A stretch of 32,000 bases of DNA from Candidatus Hermodarchaeota archaeon (GTDB lineage Archaea; Asgardarchaeota; Heimdallarchaeia; Hodarchaeales; Hodarchaeaceae), in NCBI GenBank assembly GCA_048886185.1, contig JBHLKY010000006.1:144967-176966 (forward strand), given 5' to 3'. Below the pieces are notes generated by a model that was given only the letters and a program-made list of their open reading frames with translations, was not told the origin of the DNA and made no database searches. The position numbers and the translations under genes were made by a program. Within the stretch, counting starts at the first letter, position 1. Each line of letters begins with the position of its first letter. Positions 1-9,912 of the stretch are shown here, in pieces.

Positions 1-2
1 GA

Positions 3-1238
3 ATGAGCGACCAAGAAATAATTCAAATCAAGAATGGCTCCTTAATCATCCAAAATGGAATCATTACTGACATTCTTGATTATCCTGTTTCCATGTCCAA
101 TAGTCCTATTTCAGAACCCCATATTTTAGATGTGACCAATAAAACACTAATTCCTGGTTTAGTTGATTCCCATACACATCTTTCTTTCACTGGAGACAGA
201 GAAGATGAGTTAGATATGAAATTACAAGGAAAAACTTATCTTGAAATTCTAAAGCAGGGAGGAGGGATTATAAAAACAGTTAAAGCTACTAGAAGCGCCA
301 ATCTAGAGGAATTAATTGAGAGAGGAAAAGAAGATGCTAATATTATGTTGAAACATGGAACTACAACAATCGAGGCAAAAAGTGGTTATGGACTTGATGT
401 TGAAAACGAGATAAAGCAATTGAAAGCATTGAAAGAATTAAATCAAACCTGCTACAGTTCAATTGTTTCAACATACTTAGGTGCTCATGCTATTCCACCA
501 GAATATTCTGATCAAAAAAGAAAATATATTGATCTAATGATTCAGGAAGCTATTCCTAGAATCTCAGAAAGTAACTTAGCTACCTTTATTGATGTGTTTT
601 GTGAAGAAGGGGTTTTCTCAATTGATGAGAGTCGTGAGATCCTTTTAGCAGGAAAAAATGCAGGCTTACAACCAAAAATTCATGCTGATGAAATTGTACG
701 AACAGGGGGAGCTCAACTTGCTGCAGAAGTAGGAGCTATTTCTGCAGATCATTTATTGATGACTGATGATGATGGTTTGGAATCCCTCGCTGAAACAGGA
801 GTTATTCCTGTGTTATTACCTGGAACACCATTCTCCCTCATGAAAAATGAATTCCCATCTGCTCGGAATATGATTGATACATTTGATCTCCCTGTAGCTC
901 TTGCAACAGACCTTAATCCCAACTGCTATTGCCACTCTATGCTAAATATTATCACATTAGCGTGTTTCAAACTATATATGACACCAATAGAAGCTTTACT
1001 TGCTGCAACTAATAACTCTGCTGCAGCTATTGGCCTCCAGCAGAAAATTGGAAGTTTAGAGGTGGGAAAACAAGCTGATTTAGTTATTCTTAATGCTCCT
1101 AATTGTAAACATATTCCATATAAGTTTGGTTCTTCTAGTTTAATAGGAGCGGTTATAAAATCTGGTAAAATAGTTGCAGCAGATAATCCAGCACTTATTT
1201 CAATGAATAAAGATTTAAAACTTCCTATTTCGGATTAA
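3..1238 (+). CDS. hutI: Imidazolonepropionase (amidohydrolase superfamily); probably 5'-truncated by the window edge
   Basis: PGLVDSHTHL metal motif, GGGI..TV.ATR, GTTTIEAKSGYGL, LGAH, KIHADE, SADHL, LATDLNP and GSLEVGKQADLV match HutI. It is next to hutH and hutU. Confidence 0.95.
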   Translation: MSDQEIIQIKNGSLIIQNGIITDILDYPVSMSNSPISEPHILDVTNKTLIPGLVDSHTHLSFTGDREDELDMKLQGKTYLEILKQGGGIIKTVKATRSANLEELIERGKEDANIMLKHGTTTIEAKSGYGLDVENEIKQLKALKELNQTCYSSIVSTYLGAHAIPPEYSDQKRKYIDLMIQEAIPRISESNLATFIDVFCEEGVFSIDESREILLAGKNAGLQPKIHADEIVRTGGAQLAAEVGAISADHLLMTDDDGLESLAETGVIPVLLPGTPFSLMKNEFPSARNMIDTFDLPVALATDLNPNCYCHSMLNIITLACFKLYMTPIEALLAATNNSAAAIGLQQKIGSLEVGKQADLVILNAPNCKHIPYKFGSSSLIGAVIKSGKIVAADNPALISMNKDLKLPISD

Positions 1239-2705
1239 TTCAACGCATTGACTAATATCGGGTGATAATTCGCGATCATCAGTGAGTACAGGAACTCTCT
1301 CTCGAATAGTATTATATTTTTTTAAGGTGAAAGGAGCTAGTTGAGGCTGAATTCCAGCTAGATCTATAGCTTGTGAAACACACAATAGTTCAATAGCAAG
1401 GATATATTGGACATGTTCAATAATTTTTCTAACCTGTCTTGCAGCGGTGGTTCCCATACTTACATGATCTTCTTGATTGGCAGATACAGGGATTGAATCA
1501 ACTGATGCGGGAAATGCCAATTGTTTGTTTTCAGAGACCAATGAAGCTGCAGTATATTGAGCTATCATGAAACCTGAATTTATTCCACTTTTTAATGAAA
1601 GAAATGCTGGTAATTTGCTAAGAGTGGGATTTAAAAGATGCTCTATCCGCCGTTCGGAAATACTTCCGAGTTCTGCAATAGCAACACCTAAGAAGTCCAT
1701 GGATAGAGCAATAGGCTGTCCATGAAAATTTCCTCCACTTAGAATCTTGTCAGGAGTAAATATGAGAGGATTATCTGTTGATGAGTTCATTTCAGTTTCA
1801 ACAATGCCTTTAACAAAATTTATTGTGTCCAATGTGGCCCCGTGTACTATAGGCGCACAACGCAGAGAATAACAATCTTGATGTGCAATATTTTGACGAG
1901 TTCGTTTACTACCTCTTAGAAATCCAAGAATCGATCGAGCAGTTTCAATTTGTCCTTTATGAGGACGTGCCTGATGGATACTTGGATTCAAAGCATCAAT
2001 ATTTGCTTGATGAACCTCCATACTCATGCTTGTTGCAATGTTTGCTACCTCCACGAGATACTCAGCATCTGCAACTGCTAATGCAGCAATTGAAGTCATC
2101 ACCTGAGTCCCATTGAGAAGAGCAAGTCCTTCTTTTGCTATTAATTTTATAGGTGTTAGTCCAATTTTTTCTAATGCTTGAAGCCCTGATATTTTCTTTT
2201 CTCCTTGATATGCACTACCCTTACCAATTAGGACCAAAGCTAAATGTGCCAACGGAGCAAGATCTCCACTTGCGCCTAGGCTCCCTTGAGAAGGTACAGC
2301 AGGTGTAACATTTTTATTCAGAAGATTCATTAAAAGAGAAACCACTTTCAGCCGAATACCCGAGTGTCCTCGTGCAAATTTATTAATTTGTAGTATAATC
2401 ATGCCTCTTACAATTTCTTGAGAGAAATCTGGACCTACTCCAGCAGCATGGCTATGCACCAAATTATATTGAAGTTTTTCAGCTTCTTGAGGTGAAACAG
2501 TTTTATCTTGAAGATATCCAAATCCTGTTGTAACACCATATACTCTTCGTTTTTCTTTCAGTATGTCTGCTACAATTTCAGCAGCTTGATTGATCCTTTC
2601 CTTGGCCTCATTAGACAGAGTAATTGTCCTGTTCTCACGGGCAACAGCTACCATGTCTGAAATAGAAAGATTATTTCCATTCAACTCTATAACTGGTTTA
2701 ATCAT
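1215..2705 (-). CDS. hutH: Histidine ammonia-lyase (alternative GTG start at 2714)
   Basis: VYGVTTGFG, SHAAGVG (His-specific SH), the MIO-forming GASGDLAPLAH, KEGLALLNGTQ, GGNFHGQP and ANQEDHVSMG are present. The 3' end overlaps the hutI 3' end by 24 nt. Confidence 0.96.
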   Translation of the reverse strand: MIKPVIELNGNNLSISDMVAVARENRTITLSNEAKERINQAAEIVADILKEKRRVYGVTTGFGYLQDKTVSPQEAEKLQYNLVHSHAAGVGPDFSQEIVRGMIILQINKFARGHSGIRLKVVSLLMNLLNKNVTPAVPSQGSLGASGDLAPLAHLALVLIGKGSAYQGEKKISGLQALEKIGLTPIKLIAKEGLALLNGTQVMTSIAALAVADAEYLVEVANIATSMSMEVHQANIDALNPSIHQARPHKGQIETARSILGFLRGSKRTRQNIAHQDCYSLRCAPIVHGATLDTINFVKGIVETEMNSSTDNPLIFTPDKILSGGNFHGQPIALSMDFLGVAIAELGSISERRIEHLLNPTLSKLPAFLSLKSGINSGFMIAQYTAASLVSENKQLAFPASVDSIPVSANQEDHVSMGTTAARQVRKIIEHVQYILAIELLCVSQAIDLAGIQPQLAPFTLKKYNTIRERVPVLTDDRELSPDISQCVELIRNRKF

Positions 2706-2930
2706 TGTTATCACAAAGTAGAAATATGTAATAGTTATGGGAATCTTATTTTATCTTTTTCTAAGGCACTATTGTTTCTATATCAGAAACTATCTAACAA
2801 AAATGCAATTTAATGCTAAGAAACATTTTTTTAAGTGATGAAATGTATCTTTCCATGTTTACACTTATTGCTTTATTCTTTGAAAATGTTAAAAGCTAGA
2901 TTGAATTTGGAGTCTATTAATTCATTGAAA

Positions 2931-4817
2931 CTATAGTATGTCGATAGTGATTTGTTTCATTGGTGGAAAGAGTTCTATATTTGTACGCTTCTTAACTAGT
3001 TGAATAAGTTCTAGATACAAGTCTTCGTAATTCATTTCTGTTTTATTGGTTTTTCCTGGTACAATAATCTTGTTATCGTTAGCAATCTGGAGTGATTTGG
3101 TGTAACCTGCAGCAGAGTGTCTTAAAATAGCTGACATTGGATCCCAGGTTAATACTCGAAAGAGTATTTCTTGGGACACAGGAGTTCCATCAGCAACACA
3201 CACCTGACCTGCATGAAGTGAATATCCCACGCCAACACCACCCCCACCATGATAACTAGTCCAAGTTGCTCCGCAAAGAGAATTTCCTAATAAATTCAGC
3301 ACAGGATAATCACCAATTGCATCAGAACCATCTTTCATTCCTTCTGTTTCTCTGTAAGGACTAGCTACTGAACCTCCATCAAGGTGATCACGGCCGATTA
3401 TTACAGGCGCTTTAATTATACTATCAAAATAAAGCTTGTTTAGAAGCATCCCAAAAGCAGCCCTTCCTTTGTATCCAGCCCAGAAAACACGTGCGGGTAA
3501 ACCCCCCTCAAAGGGGATATATTTAGATGCCAAATCTATCCAATTTATTAACATTGGATCGTCAGAGAACAGCATTTTAGCATATTTATCCGTAATACGT
3601 ATATCTTCTGGGTCGTTTGAGAGTGCTGCCCAACGAAATGGTCCTTTTCCCTCACAAAATAGCGGCCGAATATAATTAGGTACAAAACCAGAGAAGCTAA
3701 ACGCTTTTGAAAGCCCTGCATTGTACGCTTGAGCTCGAATATTATTTCCATAATCAAAAGTTTCCGCACCTCTTTCTTGCAAAGTAATCATTGCTTTTAC
3801 ATGCCGTTTTACAGTCTTAAAAGCAAGACTTTTGTACTTTTGAGGATCAGTTTTTCTGAGCGTTAATGCTTCTGAAAATGTCATTTCAGCTGGAATATAA
3901 CCGTTCAACATATCATGAGCTGAAGTCTGATCTGTTAATATATGAGGAGTGATTTCATGCGTGATTAAGTACTCTAAGAGATCAACAGCATTACACAAAA
4001 TACCGATTGATAATAGTTCTCCTTTTTCAACAGATTGTCGTGCTATCTGCACGCCTTCTGAAATTGAATTAATTTTCACATCTAAATAAGGAGTTCCCTT
4101 ATCTCTGCCTTGGTGGAAGATTCGGTCAAGGTTACTCGGATCAATTTCTGCAACTAGAGCGGTTTTATTTGCCATTTTGATAGCTAACGGTTGAGCTCCG
4201 CCCATTAACCCTAAACCAGCTGTTACAACTAGATTTTGCTCAAAAGGTTTCAATAGAGAAAAGGATTTTTTACTTTCAGCTGATTTAATTGCTGCAACGA
4301 CTGTTTCATAAGTTCCTTGAATTATTCCTTGAAGACCAATAAAAATCCAGCTACCTGCAGTCATTTGACCATACACAGTAAGTCCTGCATCAACCATCTC
4401 CTGGAAAGATTGAACCCAATTTGGTACAATCACGGAGTTAGTGATAACACAACGAGGAGCTAGAGGATGGGTTATTGTTTTACCGTAAGGAACCCCTGAT
4501 TGCATGAATAAGGTTTCATTGGGTTGTAAAGTTTTAAGAAGTTCAATAGTGTCGTAAAAAGCTTTCCAGTTTCGCATAGCTTTTCCGCTACCACCATATA
4601 TGAAAAATTTTTCCCAGTTCTTTCCATTATGGAGGTTAGATATAATAGCTCGAATAATTCCCTCAGTTGACCATCCTGCGATAGTTGTGGGAGATAAGGC
4701 ATCCTCCCCACGAGGAAGTGGGGGAATTTCCTCTGGTTTAAGATCTAAACGCAGAAGTTCTTCTTCAGGTTTCTTATAAATTCCTTCTAGAATTTCATTT
4801 AAACGGGATTTCTTCAT
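2931..4817 (-). CDS. hutU: Urocanate hydratase (divergent, with N- and C-terminal extensions)
   Basis: YGGSGKA, YGQMTAGSWIFIGLQGIIQGTYET, TAGLGLMGGAQPLA, TDQTSAHD, FDYGNNIR, YIRPLFCEGKGPFRW and GRDHLD..SVASP.RETE.MKDGSD are present. A GGAGG Shine-Dalgarno lies upstream of the ATG. Confidence 0.94.
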   Translation of the reverse strand: MKKSRLNEILEGIYKKPEEELLRLDLKPEEIPPLPRGEDALSPTTIAGWSTEGIIRAIISNLHNGKNWEKFFIYGGSGKAMRNWKAFYDTIELLKTLQPNETLFMQSGVPYGKTITHPLAPRCVITNSVIVPNWVQSFQEMVDAGLTVYGQMTAGSWIFIGLQGIIQGTYETVVAAIKSAESKKSFSLLKPFEQNLVVTAGLGLMGGAQPLAIKMANKTALVAEIDPSNLDRIFHQGRDKGTPYLDVKINSISEGVQIARQSVEKGELLSIGILCNAVDLLEYLITHEITPHILTDQTSAHDMLNGYIPAEMTFSEALTLRKTDPQKYKSLAFKTVKRHVKAMITLQERGAETFDYGNNIRAQAYNAGLSKAFSFSGFVPNYIRPLFCEGKGPFRWAALSNDPEDIRITDKYAKMLFSDDPMLINWIDLASKYIPFEGGLPARVFWAGYKGRAAFGMLLNKLYFDSIIKAPVIIGRDHLDGGSVASPYRETEGMKDGSDAIGDYPVLNLLGNSLCGATWTSYHGGGGVGVGYSLHAGQVCVADGTPVSQEILFRVLTWDPMSAILRHSAAGYTKSLQIANDNKIIVPGKTNKTEMNYEDLYLELIQLVKKRTNIELFPPMKQITIDIL

Positions 4818-4889
4818 TGATCATCCTCCACTGATTTATTGGAAAGATGAGTACGCATCTTACTTAAGTTTCAAGAATACAGTTCCTCG

Positions 4890-4897
4890 TATAAAAA
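4890..4897 (-). promoter_or_regulatory. Candidate TATA box for hutU
   Basis: TTTTTATA on the minus strand about 73 nt upstream of the hutU ATG, preceded by an A-rich stretch. The genome is AT-rich, so this is weak. Confidence 0.3.
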
Positions 4898-4984
4898 CTC
4901 TGGTTTTAGCATAGAATAATTCTTTCTTGAAACTGAAGAAGATTTGATTACCAAATGAATAGGAATTAAAGATACTGCCCTAAA

Positions 4985-5692
4985 TTATCCTTTTCGTAGT
5001 TCAGAAATTAGGATATCACGAATGACCATTTGAATAGGCTGAATGATACGTTGAACAGGTTGAGGCCGAAGTTTAGGATTCCACTCACCTTTACCCCAAG
5101 CCTCTTTTAAGGCAACTAATGCCTCTAAACAACTAACTTCGAAGGTACTAGCGAAGGTATCACGTAATTTATCAGAAATGCCTGCTTCTAACATTAACTT
5201 GCCAACATCCGCAGCACTGATTCGTGTATCGGCAGGTAGATCCATCTTATTAAGCATAATAGCCATCTTAACCTCACGATTATAGAGCTTTTCGCCTAAT
5301 ATTTGAAAAAGTTCAGTAAGACTATCTTTATTCTCCTCCCAACGGGCTTTCTCAGAATCAATAACCACAATAAGACCATGGAGCCCATTGACAACAATTT
5401 TTCGCATAGATTTAAAACGATCTTGCCCTGGCGTAGTAAAAAGATGATACTTGAATCCCTTTCCTGGGCCGGTACCCAAGCCAAATGTTGCTTGATCAAA
5501 ACCAATCGTTCGTTCAGTTGCTTTATCCTCGAGTTTCAAAAACTGATAAACGCTTTCAGGGTCCTCTTTTTTCTTAATAGCATGAAATAAGCTCAATGCA
5601 GTAGTTTTTCCAGCTAATGTAGGGCCCCAAAAAACAATCTTAATACCTTTTTGAGCCTCTTCAAAAACAAGTTCTTCTTCTTGACTCAACAA
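4985..5692 (-). CDS. MglA-like small Ras-superfamily GTPase
   Basis: IKIVFWGPTLAGKTT (G1), ERTIGFD (MglA-type switch I with Arg), HLFTTPGQDRF (MglA-type G3), NKMD (G4) and EVSC (G5). TTG start with GAGGA upstream. Confidence 0.85.
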   Translation of the reverse strand: MLSQEEELVFEEAQKGIKIVFWGPTLAGKTTALSLFHAIKKKEDPESVYQFLKLEDKATERTIGFDQATFGLGTGPGKGFKYHLFTTPGQDRFKSMRKIVVNGLHGLIVVIDSEKARWEENKDSLTELFQILGEKLYNREVKMAIMLNKMDLPADTRISAADVGKLMLEAGISDKLRDTFASTFEVSCLEALVALKEAWGKGEWNPKLRPQPVQRIIQPIQMVIRDILISELRKG

Positions 5693-6120
5693 AGCTTCCT
5701 CGTGTCATTTGATTGTCCGCAACGAAGAAAATTAACCGCTCCAGCAATCAATATGCTAGAGAGAATAACAATTACGTGACTCCAAGCTAACAAGTATGTC
5801 TCCTTCATCATTATTATATATTTTATTCTATTTCTCATTTCCTCATGTTTGACTAGAAATAGGATAAATACTTTCTTGAATAAAAATAAGTTTTTCTATT
5901 TATCTCGCATTAAAATCTTACTCGTTTGTAAAACCAAGTGCATATTCTCTTAATTATAGATAAACAAATATTTTTTTCACTTATCAGGTTAAAAAAGATA
6001 TAGGATACATCTTGAAAATTTCAGCAATATTCATATGAAAGACAAATGAGTGACATTAATAACCTCAAATTAAGTGTTTTGAATCCTATATCTAATGTAT
6101 CAAATCTTTGGAGATAAAGA

Positions 6121-6849
6121 ATGACAGAGAACTTTGATGTGATTGCTGTTTCTCCTCATCCAGACGATGCTGAAATTGGTTGTGGAGGAACATTATCTCT
6201 CCTCGCCAAATTGGGATATCGGGTAGGGATCATTGATTTAACTGATGGGGAACCCACACCCTTTAATGAAACTCCCGAAATTCGTATTAAAGAATCTTTA
6301 AAGGCTGCAAGAATATTAGGTATTGAAAGACATCTGCTGGATCTGCCAAATCGCCGATTAATGGATAATATTGACACTAGATTGACTTTGGCTAAAATTT
6401 TTCGACAAAAAAGGCCTAAAATCGTCATTGGTATGCTAGGAAGAACTCCCCAAGGATCACCCGACCACTATCAAAGTCAGTTAATTTTTGATGCTGCGAT
6501 CTTTTATAGTCGTCTTTCTAAGTGGGAAGATCAGTTTGATAATCTTCCTCCGTGGAGAATAAAGCATACTTTTTACTACTTCACGGCTCGTGAATTAATC
6601 CCATCAGAATTACCCCTTCAATTCATTGTAGATATCAGTACTCAGTTTGAAATTAAAAAGCAAGCAATTTTAGCTTATGAATCACAGTTTAAAGCACATT
6701 CTGCTTATAATCCACCGATTATTGATTGGATAGAAGGGATGGGCCGTTATTTTGGATCATTAATCAATAGCAAATACGGAGAGGTTTTCTATGGAGCAAA
6801 AATACTAAACCTCGATCTCTTTCAATATTATCTAAAAAACTCAAAGTAA
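6121..6849 (+). CDS. PIG-L/LmbE family N-acetylglucosaminyl deacetylase (BshB1-like)
   Basis: SPHPDDAEIGCGG, DLTDGE, R..E...AARILG, SPDH, FIVDIS.QFE.K..AILAYESQF and YGEVF. Confidence 0.88.
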   Translation: MTENFDVIAVSPHPDDAEIGCGGTLSLLAKLGYRVGIIDLTDGEPTPFNETPEIRIKESLKAARILGIERHLLDLPNRRLMDNIDTRLTLAKIFRQKRPKIVIGMLGRTPQGSPDHYQSQLIFDAAIFYSRLSKWEDQFDNLPPWRIKHTFYYFTARELIPSELPLQFIVDISTQFEIKKQAILAYESQFKAHSAYNPPIIDWIEGMGRYFGSLINSKYGEVFYGAKILNLDLFQYYLKNSK

Positions 6850-6873
6850 AGAGTCTCAGTTTCTACCACAGAT

Positions 6874-7800
6874 TTATTCCTCACTATGATTCTTTGCTAT
6901 CTTTGCTGCAAATAAAGCGTATTCTAAGAAGTCTTGAGGTTCCAAACGTTCTATTGAGTTTTTTAAAGCCGATAATATTTGATCTCGCTCATTTTCATTA
7001 ACAAAGGTTGGCTGAGATAGACACTTTGAATAGAATATTGCAGAATTTTGGAACTCACCGATTTCATACAGCCCATCGGCTAGAATTTTCTGTTCTTCTG
7101 TAGGGTCAATTCGTTTTTCGGAAGTTAACTTATCAAGTAGTGCTGAATAGTGTTTTAGAGCTAAAATAACACAACGTAGACCCTCAATAACAGCATGTTT
7201 TGCCAATCTATCACAGGTAATTGTACGAAGTTTTTTAATTGTCTTATTTTGTATTGAATCTCGAGGTTTAAGTATACTTAATTTCTTATTGACACGCCAA
7301 TATTGTGGAACTTCATATCCTTGAATCGGATCAGAAAATCTTTGTAGTATTCGAGATTTTACACCATACTCTGCTAAATCTTTTACATCGGTATCAAAGC
7401 CAAGTGTTTCTGTAATCCCGAATTCTCGCATTTTTATGGAATAAAAAGATCGTAAATAGCTATAAAAATCAAAATTATGAGGATATATCTCTTTTATATA
7501 TTCTAATACAACTTGTTGAAATTTAGAAAAACTTGATGGTTCTATTAATAGAAATAATTGTATTTCTGCATTATGAACAACAGCAACCGAAATCACCTGC
7601 CCTTTCGGGCCATCTGATTCGATCTTTAGAATTGCAGTACCACTAGGGAGAGAGATGGGAATGTCTACTTTTTTCGCAAAAAAAGGTTTTTCTAAATCTT
7701 TGCTTGTGACCCAATCCTCAGCTAAAAGATTACTAAATATCCAAAGTTCTGGTTGGCTGGAAATTTCCAGTAAGGTCTTTCGGGATCGTTTCCGGGGCAA
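6874..7800 (-). CDS. Hypothetical protein; probable degenerate YprB/MrfB-like RNase H-fold (DEDD) domain plus a C-terminal TPR-like helix pair
   Basis: ILKIESDG..GQVISVAVV, YSYLRSFY, R.SDPIQGYEVPQYW and KHAVIE occur in the order of YprB exonuclease motifs. LADGLYEIGEFQNSAIFYSKCL is TPR-like. TTG start with AAGGAG upstream. Confidence 0.5.
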   Translation of the reverse strand: MPRKRSRKTLLEISSQPELWIFSNLLAEDWVTSKDLEKPFFAKKVDIPISLPSGTAILKIESDGPKGQVISVAVVHNAEIQLFLLIEPSSFSKFQQVVLEYIKEIYPHNFDFYSYLRSFYSIKMREFGITETLGFDTDVKDLAEYGVKSRILQRFSDPIQGYEVPQYWRVNKKLSILKPRDSIQNKTIKKLRTITCDRLAKHAVIEGLRCVILALKHYSALLDKLTSEKRIDPTEEQKILADGLYEIGEFQNSAIFYSKCLSQPTFVNENERDQILSALKNSIERLEPQDFLEYALFAAKIAKNHSEE

Positions 7801-7899
7801 AATGCAACTCCTTCTAGATACAAGTTAAATGAAGATACAAAATTAATTCTGATAAAAGTGTTTATTTAAATTAATGCCGTCCATGCTATAAAGTTTCGA

Positions 7900-9825
7900 T
7901 TATTTACGAACACGAACCGCAACGTCCCTATTAAATGCCATCATCTCAGATGCAGCCAGAAGAGCACGTCCAGAATTGATAAATGAGTCTTTTTCATCTA
8001 TAATGAAAACTTCTTCTCCACAACGAATTTCAGGATCAACATCTAAGACAAATTTGGCTAGCAAATCTTTATTCTTAGAAATAAATGGAATACTTTCACT
8101 CATTGCTATAACACGCAACCGTGGATTGGGAATATACTTATGTAATCTTTGAGCAAAGTCTTTAGTAGGGATTATGACAAAGTCTGATGGACGAAATGTC
8201 CCTAATACCCCTGATTCGTCTGAAAAGCGACGAATGATTCCAGTTTTCTGTGATCGTTCAATATCCAAGGGAAGACCATCCAATATAGAATGCGTACCAG
8301 CGCCAAATTGATAATCTATGATAGCATTAAGGATATGACTCTCATTTAACTTGACAACATCTTTAACTTCTTCAAAAATGGTGTAATCATGTAGTATTTC
8401 CAGATCCAGATTAACTGAAGGATGAACTTCGACTCGTTTGAATCTTTTCCCATAAATTTCAAGAAATTTCACAATATATTGGAGCATATCGGACGAAAAA
8501 GTCATAGGAATTCTTTCATGCTGAACTAATGGATAAACACCTCGTAATTCGTCAGGAATTATTCCAAAAAGGGGAGATAATCTAATAACTTGGTAAGAAG
8601 ATGAAGAGTGTAGGTTTTGATAATCTTGCCCAATGAGTAAAACTGTATTCCAAATATAAAAGCGCTCTAAAATACGTTTTCTGTATCGTAATAATAGGGG
8701 AAGAGAAGTAAGAATGGGGTGTGAAATGAGGAGAGACCGAGATTTAGAAATTGGTTCATATTTTTCTATCAATTGAGATGTTGTGACACCAAAAAAGAGA
8801 TTTATGCCCCTAGCTAAAGAAGGATGGCTCATCATTCTTGCTAATACTAGTTCATAGAGACGACCATCAATGATAGCTTGCTTAACTCGACGAATTTCTT
8901 CTAAACTGGTAATGAGATTATGTTTAGCTAGTAAGAGGGTTCGATTTTCGTGATCCAGACGTTTTAGTTCGTAAACAGAATATTTCTGACATACTTCGCA
9001 CGAACATGGGAGAAATTGAAGTTTCTCTAGGTATTCCGTCCCATAAGCGGTTATATATCTACCTTTTTTAGCATAACGAATATATGCAGCTGAATCAAAC
9101 ATATCTATGCCTAGATATACTGCAATAGCAAAAAATAAGGGATGTCCAGCTCCAAAAAGATGGATTGGACGATTTTCAGGTAAAAACTCCTTTACTTTGA
9201 GTACTATTTGAATCACAGTCTCGAAGTCATACTTTTCTAATAATGGAACAACAGAACCGATAGGATGCACTCTGAAGTCCTTTTGGGCCATTTCAACGCA
9301 AGATTTCTCAATAAGATCCAAAAATTCCCCTCCTTGGATCGGCCCAGACCATAAAATTGAATCTGTTGAACTACGATGGTGAATATGTTCATCCGCCCTA
9401 TTAAGTGTTTCTTCTAAAGCTAACTTTGATTCCTCATAAGTTCCCCTTTTAACTGGAACATCCAAAAAAACACCAATGTCAGTATCTATTTGTTCTTGGA
9501 ACAGAGTAATCTCCTGATTGGTAACTGACACCTCACCATATTCCATCAGCTGAAATGCCCCCGAGTCAGTCATGAGAGGGCCAGAAAAACCAATATATTT
9601 GTGCAATCCTTCTTCTAATACTTTTTCTCGATTCAAAGGATCTTTATATAATAAATAAGCATTGGTAATAAAGCTCTCTGCACCAAGCTTCACCATTTCT
9701 TCAGGGTGTATCATCTGACGATTAGGATTGATAACAGGGAGAAGTACTGGGGTTGAAATTGTACCATGTTTTGTTGATAGCGTTCCGATTCGTGCTAATC
9801 CATCTTTCTTTTTTATTGTAAACAT
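7900..9825 (-). CDS. tgtA: Archaeosine tRNA-guanine(15) transglycosylase with C-terminal PUA domain (alternative GTG start at 9861)
   Basis: KDGLARIG, MTDSGAFQL, PIGSVVPLL, HLFGAGHP, DMFDSA, Zn site CSCEVC...HN and PUA-like FVLDVDPEIRCGEEVFII...GRALL. Confidence 0.95.
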   Translation of the reverse strand: MFTIKKKDGLARIGTLSTKHGTISTPVLLPVINPNRQMIHPEEMVKLGAESFITNAYLLYKDPLNREKVLEEGLHKYIGFSGPLMTDSGAFQLMEYGEVSVTNQEITLFQEQIDTDIGVFLDVPVKRGTYEESKLALEETLNRADEHIHHRSSTDSILWSGPIQGGEFLDLIEKSCVEMAQKDFRVHPIGSVVPLLEKYDFETVIQIVLKVKEFLPENRPIHLFGAGHPLFFAIAVYLGIDMFDSAAYIRYAKKGRYITAYGTEYLEKLQFLPCSCEVCQKYSVYELKRLDHENRTLLLAKHNLITSLEEIRRVKQAIIDGRLYELVLARMMSHPSLARGINLFFGVTTSQLIEKYEPISKSRSLLISHPILTSLPLLLRYRKRILERFYIWNTVLLIGQDYQNLHSSSSYQVIRLSPLFGIIPDELRGVYPLVQHERIPMTFSSDMLQYIVKFLEIYGKRFKRVEVHPSVNLDLEILHDYTIFEEVKDVVKLNESHILNAIIDYQFGAGTHSILDGLPLDIERSQKTGIIRRFSDESGVLGTFRPSDFVIIPTKDFAQRLHKYIPNPRLRVIAMSESIPFISKNKDLLAKFVLDVDPEIRCGEEVFIIDEKDSFINSGRALLAASEMMAFNRDVAVRVRK

Positions 9826-9912
9826 TAAACAGTGACCGCTCCTCTGATCGATTTTACACACTTGTGAGATGAACAGAAGTGTATTATGTTCGGAAGCAAC
9901 AATAGAATAATA

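Noticed and set aside
1215-1238. 3' overlaps of convergent genes (hutI/hutH 24 nt; also 31462-31479, 18 nt)
   Set aside because: Short convergent overlaps are common in compact archaeal genomes.
1215-4817. Ergothioneine-degradation locus instead of hut
   Set aside because: The lyase has the MIO-forming ASG and the His-specific SH motif, and a canonical HutI is adjacent.
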